Notes under the pieces: generated by a model
What the model saw: the letters and a program-made list of their open reading frames with translations, nothing else
What the model was told of the DNA's origin: nothing
The model's database searches: none
Assembly (NCBI GenBank): GCA_043228905.1
Contig: JBHGNT010000004.1
Span: 24,862,001 to 24,926,000 of the forward strand
Reading direction: 5' to 3'
Length of the DNA: 64,000 nucleotides
From: Azolla caroliniana
Taxonomy: Eukaryota; Plantae; Polypodiophyta
Shown: in pieces, positions 51,760 to 64,000 of the stretch
How the letters are laid out: every line of letters begins with the position of its first letter
Position numbering within the stretch: position 1 is the first letter of the stretch
Program-made: the position numbers and the translations under genes

Positions 51760-52720
51760 ACTCCCTAAGGCTATGCATAAAATATGTTCATTTCGGTAAT
51801 GAGGCACATTTTGGGTACCTTCAAACATCTAGCATTCCCAATATACCAAATTGTGATACTACTTACCAATAGCCATATTTCAGGTTTATCAATCTCTATT
51901 TCTGGATTCAAATGTATAAATATTTTTTCCATCAGACCATGTCTCATAGAAAGTCCATCTGCAATACCGTATTGTTCATATTACCATTGGGTTATCTTGT
52001 ACCACTGCCCATAATACCATCCCCCCATGTATGCACCGCTCAAGGATATATTGGTGTCAATAGTGTTATATGATTCTTTTCCATATTTCCATCGTAGAGT
52101 CACAAATCAACAAACAATGCTTAGTAGTCTTTATTCGATCTGTACAAAATTGGCATATATTGTTTGCGTTCACTCCTTTTTGCCAACCATTAATTGGTAT
52201 AGGTCTATGAACCAACAACCATGAAAACAAACAATTTTCCTAGTCATTTTTATGCCCCACATCCATTTCTAGAATTTCTTGAGATGTTTGGAGAAAGTCC
52301 ATTCTGTCTCTAGAAAATATTTGCGGTCAAAAATTTCCATGATCTAACACCTAATATTTTCCTACCAATCTTCACATGTTTTATCTAAGCTTGAACCCAC
52401 ACTTTCCAATACAATTCTCCAGGATCCCAAGTTGATCGAGATACTAGTCTCCTTTCCATAATCCAAATCCTCCAAAAAGGATTCACCTATTGTAGATCCA
52501 AATCTAGTTCCAATTATAAAGACATCAGATGTATTAAGATCATTATTTTAGACCTTTTGGAAATTTAGAGCTTTCAAATTTTGTTTCAATATCCATAACC
52601 TAACATCATCATCTATATTTGTATTCATGATTAGTCTCATTGTCCGATTTTGGCACATAGAAGATGTTATTATATATTTCCGTCCAGTAAAGGCATCATA
52701 TATGTTAAGATCATGATCTT
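51760..52720 (-). mobile_element. Highly degenerate LINE-like RT remnant
   Basis: Only weak DD and KYLG-like traces among many stops. Confidence 0.3.
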
Positions 52721-53186
52721 AGACCTATAAACTAGTAGCAATCATCATTGCCCAACATGAGCCTGATCCGGCCTTCAATGGAGGGAGGGTGGGAGATGAG
52801 TAGGAAACAACCAACGTGGGGGTTGGTAGTTCCACGTGGGCTTGTTTTCTCCTTGTGTCACCGTCGCTAAATGTCAATATATATTTCCTCCTTTTGCTAA
52901 ATGTAATGTAGTTTATTAAACCAACAAGATAGTACAAGAAACCACCCTTCTTGTGCAGGTTATAATAACAATAATCTTATGAAAGAAAAACCCTCTAAGG
53001 TGTTACACTACCCAACATAAAGGCAACTCCTTCAAGGAGAAGGTACTTGTAGAGCTTAGTTATGAAAACTATTAAATAAGTTTTCCTTTCGACCCATTTA
53101 CTTGGTGTGTTACTCCATGAAGATCATAAAACAAGAACCCATTTCTCATACTCCAATTGTACCCATTTATTTCTCTCTCTCTATAA

Positions 53187-54090
53187 TACACACTTCTTAC
53201 ATACATCGGAGGATGGATTTGTCATCAAGCCACCTTATATGGACATACATCTATCCTATGCGCTACGTAGTGTGATAGGGCAGCTGCGAACTTCATCACA
53301 TCAGCTACAGATTGAGGTAGACAGATATACATGACTACCTCTAGAAGAGAGAATTTGCCAATTGTGTCATCAAGAAGTGGAATATGAATAACACTATGTT
53401 TGTAATTGTAGTGTCTTTTATGAAATCAGAGGGAGATACCATTGCCTCTTTAAACAAGGCTTTGGCCCACTACGCAAGGTAATGGAATATGAGGACCAAC
53501 GATGCCTAGGACTTTTCTTGCTAGATCTCAAGAGACATCGAGAAAAGTTGTTGAAGAATACAACCACCCAAGCTCATCCACAAAGAACAATCACAACTTT
53601 CTTTAGCCCCATCACTCCTAATACTAGAAGTCAACCCCGGGATACACAAATGGGCTTCAGACCAGGACATAACAAAGGGGTTACAATTGATCGGGCAATG
53701 GCAATTTGCCGTGAATGTAGGCCTCAACCCCATGGACCATGACCACGACACCCTTGTCATCGACAAATAAAAGCCATTATCTCCCACCATCATAGGTGCT
53801 TCCCTCGCTTCGGAGACATTTCCATTCTGGATCAACCTATGCTAGAGATCTTTCGAAGACAATAGCTACAATATACCTAACTTGAGGATCTCACATGTGC
53901 CAAAAACTAGATTCCCTCATTTCATTTCTTTTCATGTTATTTACTTTTATATTTACTGTGTAATATTTATTTTATTTTGATTTGTTCTCAAAGACGAGAC
54001 AACACTTAAGATGTAATCTCATATTTGGTTTTAGAGGCCATTTTGGCCTCTTAAAAGACATTAATATATCTTTCTCTCTCTCTCTCTCTC
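53187..54090 (+). mobile_element. 5'-truncated RTE/RTEX-like LINE (zinc finger + 3'UTR + CT tail)
   Basis: High similarity to the reverse complement of 17088-17975. Confidence 0.9.
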
Positions 54091-54199
54091 TTTGGTGAAA
54101 GCACACAATTATATTAATTGTATGTAAAATCCACTTAGTTACAACACTTCTTAGTCTCCTCTACCTATCATATGCCTATGTAGGGAGAGAGACGTCCTA

Positions 54200-54733
54200 T
54201 AATGCTATTAAAAAACTTGAATATGCATTTGAGGAAATGATCCCCACATGCTCTAACATCCAAAAATTCCACATGAGAATACTTTTCAACTTCTTTATAT
54301 AGGCGTTCACCCCATGTCCATTATCAAACATGAAAGCATTACACATATTCCAATTGTGTTGTAGACCCGAATAACGTAAAAATTGGAACAATATCTCCAA
54401 CTCATCATTTGAACCATTCTGAACATATTGAGAAAAAACCCATTGTTGAGGTCTTAAACAACAACAAGTTTAAATTTGCCAAATGTCCGATAAGTACGTC
54501 CAAATGGTACACGCTATAGGACATTTAATGAACCTATGTCTACTATCCTCCAATGGAACGATGCAAAAGAAACAAGTGCCAGACCCTAGTCCTTGTCTCT
54601 TAAAGGCAGAACCTAATGGGAGCCCACCAATCACGACTCTAAGAAGGGAATGCCAACCACGTTGTAATATTTTCCACCACCTTGCATCTAACTTACATAC
54701 ATTCCACAACTTTGCTGCTTTAGGAGATAACCA

Positions 54734-54735
<2 letters not shown>
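54200..54735 (-). mobile_element. L1-type LINE 3' fragment (zf-RVT)
   Basis: RVVIGGLPLG...CFFCIVPLEDSRHRFIKCPIACTIW. Confidence 0.7.
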
Positions 54736-54784
<49 letters not shown>

Positions 54785-56981
54785 TATATCGACCTTGAAG
54801 CTGAGAGATAAAGAGTGATACAAATATATCTAATGTAAGCATGAAAAAATAAGGATATAAATAAGAAATAGATAGAGAAAGAAGGGTGCTAATCCACCCG
54901 GCCACACTCTAGTGAAGGGATTGAGACAGACTCAAGCCTTAAAGGATGTCTCATACCACTGCCTATGGGCTTCGCGTCATACTTGGCACTAGTGTGTGCG
55001 CATCACTATAATCTATTCACCACAATAGCACAATCTTGATATAGGGGAACCTCCCCCTTATGAAGTTAGTTATGTCTCATATTTATAGCCAAACCCAAGG
55101 CCCCCAACCAAGTTCACACTTGGCCTTTGGGTTATCCTAACCCGTGGGATTGAAAGTAATTCTCCCTTCTTGACAATCTCAATTAACCCTCACACTCTTA
55201 TCCTCGCGTGTAAAAAACTAAGGTAAAAACTATTGCGGAATAAGTTATGGTTATGCATGTAGCACACTCACACACAACACACGTAATTGTGACTTTAAAG
55301 ATAGATAAAATGGTTCACGGGGAATAGACGAAGCATGTGAAGCCTCAAGATAGAGTGATGATTTCGTTAATCGAGGTGGAATTAAAATTAAACTAAATAA
55401 AGTAGATTACCCATTTCGCGAAGGGTAGATTTATTATTTTCAAAATTAACAAGGTTAGTATTGCCCGTCGTACAAAGGAGTTTTTAAGGCTAAAATTACG
55501 AGCTTTATAGTCGTGGTCACTATTCTAACCATTATTGGATCAACTTTGCAAATCTCTTATATTATGATGTGTTGTATTAATCGGAAGACAAGGTAAAACC
55601 TCTATATGCTAATATGGTTATTATTTATTGCACGTATTTGGTATGCACATTAATCAAGACATGTACAATTCATGTATGAGGATAAATTAGGTACTGGTAC
55701 ATGTGTATATTTTAGACATAATGTCTGAACAATGAACATTATGGGAAATTGTTGAACCGTTATGTTTGTCATCAATTGTGTCTTATTATTAATGTGGGAA
55801 AAACATGAAAACATAATAGTTACTATGAACTAGCTAACAAGTTTTAAAAATGATATTAAATTCAAGAAATGGAAATGATTGATATTTCCAAATATTTTGG
55901 AACGAGGGACCGATATGCCTACAAGTTTCAATACATGTTGATAAAGCAAAGATTATCAACTTCTAGCCAAAACATTGAACAGATGGGGATTTCAACCAAA
56001 CCAATCATCTTCAATTTGTGACATTTTCAACTAGTTCATGAAATGAATTTGAGAAAATAACAATCAAATCAATGCTTTAGTTCATACTCTACTCGGGTTT
56101 AACATAATTAATTAATAATTATTGGTTAAATAACCCATAATTGAATGGCAATTTTCACATCCCTCTTAATGATTGATTGATTTTGTACAAGTAAGATTTT
56201 TATGGATATTAAAGCATGGTTTAGGAGTTTGATATTTGTCACTTTGGAACACCTGTATAAATTATGATCCCCAAGATGTTGTGATCTCCCCAAATGCTTA
56301 TACTTAAATGAATGTCCATATATTCTCTCAAATTTCTTGGGAAATAATAAAAAAAGTAAAAAAGTATAGTTTCTTGCATTCTCTTGTTAAATGCAAAGGG
56401 TTTATTTCTTCTTCTTTTTCATAACAATTTAAAAGTGAGAATTTGATTTGAGATTTTACACTCGTTCACATACAATTGGAGAAAGGCATGATTCGAGATG
56501 GTGGGTATGTCCTTGATACATAAAAGATTTCTCATGAAAATCATATGATTATCCTGAATTCATGGTTGCAAATAGAATTGAACGTTGCACATGGAAGGCT
56601 GTACATGGTCATGGGCATCTCATGGATGGTTTATGGATAGGTTTTGCATGGGCCATAGAGACAAAAAACAAACTTTTTGAAATTCTTCAATTTGAGTCAA
56701 TGACTCCATCATCATTGAAAAAAGCTCACTCCTCACTTAAGAAATTTGCCTACCACTTGCTCACCAAATAAATAAATCCCCTTTCCTAGAAGAAAGTATA
56801 AAGGATGGTTTAATGATCTTCGTTTTGTATGGTGATGATAGAACTCTAACAATAAATGACTTTCTTGGAATTGAGAGGCTAAAAGTTGGTTTGAAAAGAA
56901 TGACCTTAGTGAAACTCGCATGCATAAAGCACATTGTAGAGCCCTATCATTTTGTAAGGATTCATAAAAGGTATACACAAA

Positions 56982-57425
56982 TGTTGAGAATCAAGCTCAA
57001 CTTGGTCTAGTGTGTGAACTCACCTTGAGAGTGAATAGACACTCCAACGGTCAAGAGTCACCATTATGTCACCTCTTTGTATTCTAGCATTTAGTATGAG
57101 TCATAGAATCATATTCTATGACACATAACTTATGAGCTTTCACATTGCCCATGCTCCATGAGTCTTGTAGTTAATGAAGAGAGAGGGTGACTATATAAAG
57201 CACACTCCTCCCACCTTGTATTTTGTTGAGGCTTTCTCCTTTGTTAATATACTTTACCTTGCGTATTCTCTGTGTCTTACTCATCGTCTCTCTCACCCAC
57301 TCTCACTCACTCACTCACTCACTCACTCACTCACTCTCTCTCTCTCTCTCTCTCTCTCTCATACACACACACACACACAGTTCACACCTATTCCGCTACA
57401 CAAGAATCATACCCAATTCTTTACA
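56982..57425 (+). mobile_element. Solo LTR
   Basis: TGTTGAGAATCAAG...TTTACA with 5-bp TSD ACAAA, a TATATAA box and a CT/CA tract. Shares its terminus with the 15426 LTR. Confidence 0.75.
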
Positions 57426-58399
57426 ACAAAACACTTTGAAATGCATTGTTATTTTAGGAAAAATGATAGTGAATAAGGTGATAGTCAAACATATTGCAAT
57501 CACTTCTTAACATGTTGACATATTACAATCAATTCTTAACATGTTGACATATTGTAATCAATTCGTAAGTCACAAAAGAAGTCTCAATAGGTGAAGCAAG
57601 AAAAGTGTCACTCGCCATGTATTTCTAAAGGGCTATACATAACCTCAACCCAAAGCATGTTACACATGTTCTGATTTTAATTGAGATCACTCATACTATT
57701 ACGAACAAGTGGCAATAGGGAGGCTATTCCATCCAACCAATGATTTCCAAAGGGTGGCTAAGGCCTATGTTATATAGATGGCTCATCTAGTGTGTGGGTG
57801 AGGCTTGTCTACCTCTTGGAGGACGCCTATTCCACGCTATGAACGTTAGACTCCAACCATTCACTAATCTCCCTAAACCTCATCACTTATGAGCACCTAT
57901 ACTAGTCGACGTGTCTACAATAGACTAGTGCATCATTTACTAGGTGCAACATGTGGACGTCAAGATAAGGACTATAATCTACTCATGGGAGGATCCATCA
58001 TTCCATTGAAAGTTTGATAGTGGTCAAACTAAAGAAGAACAAAACTCTACATTTGTGTAGACTATAAAAAATTACAGGCAATGACAACATGTGGCCCGTT
58101 TCCAATGGTGGTAACGACGTTTGGGCCACAGACTACATCAACGTTGCACTATTGGTTATAGTCAAGGGATTCAATCTATAACGCCAAATCTGTAGGTAAT
58201 GCTTGATTGTTTTCCTAGCTCAATGACAAATTACTTGAATTAATTGATGCTATGTTTAAAGAAATGTCTAGAAGCGTGAATTAGTCTTAACCTAGGAAAA
58301 TGTGTATTCATTTCCAAAAGAAAATATCCTTAAAAACCAATCAGGTACAAACTACAAAATAGATGGAAAAGAAGAGAAAAAAGGGACTATCCCAATGGC

Positions 58400-58640
58400 T
58401 ATCCATGGATCCTTCATTTAACTAAGATCCATGTCAACAACTAATTTCATTTCAGTATGACTACCAATTCTCCCATGTTGCCACATGCTTTCAACATACC
58501 AGAAAATGTCATCATAGTAGTTAGAGACCTTGCACAAGCATTCAAGGATAGAGTTGTATAACATCCTCATTCTTATCCTTCTCAATATAATCCAATAACA
58601 TGGCAGGATATTGTACCATATCTCCTCTGAATCATGTGTG
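58400..58640 (-). pseudogene. Degenerate PPR-repeat fragment
   Basis: EDVIQLY*MLVQGL and MTFSGMLKACGNMG are typical PLS-class PPR motifs; stops and frameshifts are present. Confidence 0.45.
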
Positions 58641-58874
58641 ATAAATGGATACCTGCATGAAGTGAGAAAAAATCCTCATTTTTTCTCCTAAGATCTAGAT
58701 GGAATGTCTTTGTAAAACCCACCCAGATTCTTTAATGGCCCAAATATCTTGAAGAATTATTTACCTTCAAGTTGCCTTCATTATAAAGGACTCATTCAAT
58801 CTGGTCATATGAATGCCTTTTCTTGGATCCTTTTAATATCCTTCTATTCTCTTCAACCCCAGGTTGCTTTTATT

Positions 58875-59501
58875 TCAAGCTACCATTTCTACATCATCAT
58901 CCAGTAACATTTCATCTTTGAAAAGTGTTTTGAAGGCAGGTAGTAACCTTGGTACTAACGGCAAATCCACCAACTTTACACTCTTCATATTGAATGCAAT
59001 ACAAGCATGGCTTGTATAGTTGTCACTCAAAATAGGAATTTTTGGGTAACGTTGACTGAAATGTGTGAGAATGACTAGATACACTCCAACAGATTTTGCA
59101 TCTTCTATTGCTTCTTTTGTCGTACTATGATTTTTCATGATCATTTCAACATGCATGCTATCATCAAAAGTTGCCTCATGTATTAAAACCGTAGCTCCAA
59201 TCGAAGCGTCAACCATTGCTTCACAAGGTCTTGTATCTCCTAAGCAAACAAGCTTCCAACCCGGTTTTACATTCTCTCCATTCTCCTGCTTGGGTTATGA
59301 TTCTAAAACTACCCCATATGCATTAAGACAATGAACCACTTGTATGCTCACACAAATTCGGAGACCCATAGCATGCAAAACATTCTTTACAATACGCCGT
59401 CCTGCCACATCCACACCTTGTTGGAAATGAAAACCTTGATCCTTCCTATTGGCATTTCTTTCACGAACATAATGAGGATCACTTGTTTCTTTCACCAACA
59501 A
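58875..59501 (-). pseudogene. tRNase Z long form (ELAC2/TRZ3-4-like) C-terminal pseudogene fragment
   Basis: VVHC..AYGVVL, GWKLV..GDTRPC, LIHEATF, HSTTKEA and LTHFSQRYPKIP motifs. In-frame TAA at 59297-59295; no N-terminal half is visible. Confidence 0.85.
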
Positions 59502-60836
59502 TAAATTCTCAAACAGTCTCAGGCTTCAATTATTGCTCCACATTTACGCTACCAAGAAAATGATATTTTTCCAATCCTTCCTAGGGAATCACCAGAGCAT
59601 TGTTAAGCACGATATCCTGCTTCCAAAAGTCTTTAGAATGCAAATATATGTGATCCTATGTGGTGAGTGATCCTCACTTTGCATCTTCTGGAAACTGTTC
59701 ATTGCTTCGTAATCTTTCTATCTTGAGTAACCTAATAATGAGTGATTCAAAGAGTATAGAGTCTTAAGAAGAAGCTCACTCTACTTTTTTATTTTTTTGT
59801 GTGCTTTTTCAAGCATACCACGATTCACATACATATTACCCACGCCTTGCCCCACATAAAGCGTTCTCACAACACCCCTTCTTACAATCTGATCATGAAC
59901 TTGAAATAAACAAAGACCTTATCACATTGTAAAATTCAGTATAGCCAGTTGTGAACTAGGCCGACAAACAATGCAATCCAAGAGACTACAAATCGAGGTG
60001 GAACATGGTCCAAAAACCCTACTTGAGCAGACACATAAGGGGGACTAAAATAATCCATTTTATATCATCATAAGCTTGGTCACATTGACTTGTTAAGTTA
60101 GGGCATAATAGCAAGGGAACAATTATAGTCTAAAAACTATCTTCCTTTAGAAGAAGCTTAACACCATTTGCCAAGGATTGGATAATTCCCAATTGATCTA
60201 TATATTTTGGTATCATATGTTGTTGCACCCTAAAAACACTTCGTTTGAGCCATACAACGACTAAAACTCATATCGCAATTTGCACATACAAAAAAGGTCA
60301 ACCTACAATTTAAATTGATTCGAGGGGATTTCTAGCAACATCAAGGAAGTGAGCTAATTACCCAAGATAGGTTTGGAAACAAATGATTGTTTCTGCAATT
60401 AACCTCTTCCATAATCCATAATCATATCTACACTATGTGATTATTGATATAATATTTGGTAAGCTCAATACTTTTATTTCATTGATAATCACCAAGTTTG
60501 AAATTCGTTTGATCAACTTAGTTTGATAAGCTCAATACCAATGTGTGAAGTATGTGCATGTGCATGTCCACATACTTATTTATAATTGTGTTTTTATATG
60601 TTAATGTGTGTGGGATGTGTATGTGTATCCATATTGTAAATGTGAATGTGTATATGGGTCTGAATAAGTGTAATTGTATGTACTTGAGTAGGTATGTGTA
60701 TTTGCATAAACGCATATATTATCATGATGATAATGATTATGTATGACTGTATTTATGTGTAAGTTCTATGGATTTGAAACCTAATTTTCTCACCTCTATT
60801 ACTACATAGATATTTCTTATTTCACTAGATAACATT

Positions 60837-60908
60837 GTGGAATGTAGGGGTTGAAGCCATGACCACCTAGTTTCCATTGGGCAACCTTACCAACTGAGCT
60901 ACATCCAC
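60837..60908 (-). other. tRNA-like sequence (SINE head or tRNA pseudogene)
   Basis: GGATGTAGCTCAGTTGGTAAG (A box), GGCTTCAACCC (degenerate B box), and complementary ends GTGGATGT/ACATTCCAC. Confidence 0.45.
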
Positions 60909-62217
60909 CTAGGATTTTTGTTTCTTTCTATTTCCTTCTCCCTTGTCTACTCTTTTGCCCTTGGAGCTTGACTTATTTATATTCCTTCCTATCAAGATGC
61001 CTGGTTTGAATCTCATTTACCCTAAACTCTATTCAACAACTTCTTTGACCATAACCTTCACTCACAATAGTGCACCTCACATAGCTATGGACTATATTCG
61101 AATACAGACATGAGTACCAATTTTCTTTGAACCGGCTGAAATGTCAAATTTGGACAAACATGAATTGATTCAAGGTCAGCCTGTGTGTCAACATCTCCAA
61201 ACACATAAAATTAAATCGGTAACAAAGATGCCACAATTGAGGCTTTATGGAATCTCCTAGATATTATCATTGTTTCATTAACAGAAGGGCAAGGGGAAAA
61301 GGGTAGACAAAATCATTACCTCTACTATAGAGACTTTAGTCGTATACAATCTGATCATATAGAACATAATGGAAAAAGTTGATCAGAACAACATTGGTAG
61401 TTTGAGAATTTGATGTACGCACTCTAGCTAAAGGAGCCAATCATCTGTGAGAGCACACAAACATTGTGCACTGATGTACTAGTAAGTTCCAACTTTATGC
61501 CAAGCACTCAAAAAATATTGAGCAGCTCAGTATTGTGAAGAATGCTGTGTTCAACAACAGGTGCATGTGGGGGAAATTACAACACTTCACACCACAACAA
61601 TTCAATAAATGAGTAAATCATACATAGGTGGAGACATAACCTAAAGATGCCCGGAAACCTAGCTTAACAATCAAATCAAAGATCTAATACTAATGAATTG
61701 ATAGTGTGCTGCACAGTCAAATCAAAATGATATGATTAGTGGCTAAAGATCACATCCAAGAACATATAGAACTATATTTGATGCCCTAAAAACATGCTTT
61801 GGACAACGAGCCACACATATATATGAGATAATACACAAGTCCATTCCAATGATTTTTAAGTGGATTACATCTATTTCATTCCTTTGTAAGTTCACCTTTG
61901 TAACCATAGACTTAATGGCCAAGTTCATTTGAAAATGATAAGATGATCGACATTTGTTAAAATGCTACTTTCATGCTAGCTCAAATTGAAGGTTGAGTTG
62001 AAGCCGGGGTTTAGCTGATGCTCATCCTCAAGAGCACTTATTTGCAGAGCCTAGTGAGGGAAACTCTTTTCCAGCTGTAATCCAAAGTTTGTAGTGATCA
62101 TGGTTTGCATTCTACAGCCTGAGGTTAAGGTATGGATACGATGATAGAAAAGAACCAAAGTCTCCATTAAGGTTCCCAAGCAGAGCCATGACTTGAGCCG
62201 CACACCATAATAAATCA

Positions 62218-62335
62218 TCAATGGTTTTCTGCCACTATTTTTTTTAGACTTTCCCTTCTCAAGTCTGTATCGGTAAAAACAGCCTTGATGAGTTTTTGCA
62301 CCTGGAGGGAGACGTTCTCTCTGTCTGTCACTGTC

Positions 62336-62388
<53 letters not shown>

Positions 62389-63952
62389 CACACACAATTC
62401 TATGGCTTCGCTTTTGCTGCATTTTTAGGATCTCCCTCCACCATCTGCACCATTGACAATACAACTTAGCTCACATTCTCTTCAATGTGAAGCAAAGCAT
62501 TGCGGCACAGGTTAAGAGATATGGACTGAATACTTGGCTCTGAACAAGAGGGAGAATAAAGAGTTTCAGACTTTGACACAATGCATTGTATACGACCAAG
62601 TGGCCTGGGTCTTTCATTTATCTGATCTACACAAGAGCTAATCTGCCCTATAGATCTCAGTCAGTTTTAAAATGATCCTTGCAAGGTTCATTGGCAAACC
62701 GCCATGTGTGTTTTTCAAAACTTAGCATGTATGAATTCTGAATTGAGTTAATTGGTTCATCGAATCCTGATACAAAATGGCCTAAATCTGGCTGTTGCTT
62801 TCTATATAGCTCACATTTGATTTTTTGGACTTCCAATGAAATGAAATTCAGGTCTTGGGAATCTAATGATTATGTTGTTGGTGCGATAAAGTAGGACTGG
62901 AACCAACATAAACCATATGGCAAATATGGAGATATTGACCTTTTACTGTGATACCTTGAACTATATATAGGATGCTAAGCTGTTTTTAATTGTACCAAAT
63001 CCTCATTATCTACAACCTGATTATTCTTGTTTGATCATCCAGTTCAGCTCTTGGGAGTCTAATGAGTATGTTTATGCAATAAAGTAAGGAACTGGACCCA
63101 ACCATAAATCATGTGGAAACCATGGAGGTACTGACTTTATGTAGTACGGACAATATGTGGAGTTCATAGATCGCTGAACGTAAGCTTAGCTCTGTTGGTT
63201 ACAAACAAATGAAATGAAGAAATATAGAATAAAATAAATAAATTGCTACTCAATCAATTAGAAATGCAGAGTAATTCATCTAAAAATTCTGTTGTATTTA
63301 TCTTCTTAAAATATTAGGAATACTGTAAGTGAGCTTGTACATAGTATGGGAATTAGCAGCATGTTTCAATTTCTGTTAGTATAATTGCTAATCCATGTCA
63401 TAGACATATTTAATTCATTTTTTCTCTCATAGTCTCATTTTACTTTAAACAAAAACTTAAAAGCGTAAATGCATTACTTAGATTACTGCAACCTTGAGCA
63501 CTGTGACCAACCAATTTTTTAGTAGATGAAGTTTTACTTCCATATTTGTCATTGTAGTTTTGTTTTTAATTTCAGAGCAAGGCCATTAACAAGCAGAATG
63601 AGCATTTGTTAATATCACCATTAATTGGCTGTAAGCATACATACCTCCATGAAAGAGAAGCCACAAGCAGTCAAGTTTCCACTTTCCCATGATTGTGTGA
63701 TAGATATCAATGACATGTCCAAAAGCTCTATATAGGATATTACAGAATTAGTACGATACAAAACACACAAAAAACGATGAAGAAATCTATCAAAACTTAT
63801 CATAAATTACCTGCTAGTCGTAGAAGCTTACACCAGGTTGGGACCAATGTTCCTATTTGTTCTAATGATGTTCCATCTGCTGACCCATCATCAACTAAAC
63901 TTTGCAGCAAGGGAAACAACTGGTCTTCTAAAGCAAAAATTAGCCTGCGAAG
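62218..63952 (-). CDS. ZW10: Centromere/kinetochore protein ZW10 homolog, last three exons (63952-63811, 63727-63645, 62301-62218)
   Basis: Spliced translation ..WCKLLRLAELLDMSLISITQSWESGNLTACGFSFMEVQKLIKAVFTDTDLRRESLKKI* matches the plant ZW10 C-terminus. GT-AG phases are consistent. Confidence 0.88.
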
Positions 63953-64000
63953 CTACAATGAGAAAAGCAAAATTCAATAGTTTCAGCAAAGATCAGATCA

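Noticed and set aside
57600-58140. Candidate additional solo LTR (also about 54830-55290)
   Set aside because: No matching TSD was found at any TG...CA pair tried.

Overview
Eukaryotic nuclear DNA from a land plant. The TE mix suggests a non-seed plant such as a fern or lycophyte, but that is inference only. Three spliced host genes lie on the minus strand: the 5' part of a CYP72-clan cytochrome P450 (1-3256), a complete 12-exon PSK-SIMULATOR-like DUF3475/DUF668 gene with TE-filled introns (10129-34742), and the last three exons of ZW10 (62218-63952). There are also pseudogene fragments of tRNase Z(L) and a PPR gene. The centrepiece is an apparently very young, intact 10.2-kb Ty3/gypsy element (37397-47555): LTRs look identical, the TSD is AGTAA, and gag-pol is a single ORF. 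Unusually, it has a long sense extra ORF with a candidate TATA box and a single in-frame TAG, an A36 tract after pol, and a hairpin where a polypurine tract should be. The rest is RTE/RTEX-like and L1 LINE remnants, hAT-type non-autonomous elements with 8-bp TSDs, three solo LTRs with TSDs, a Copia 3' half and a probable Penelope-like RT fragment. All alignments were done by eye; no database searches were run.
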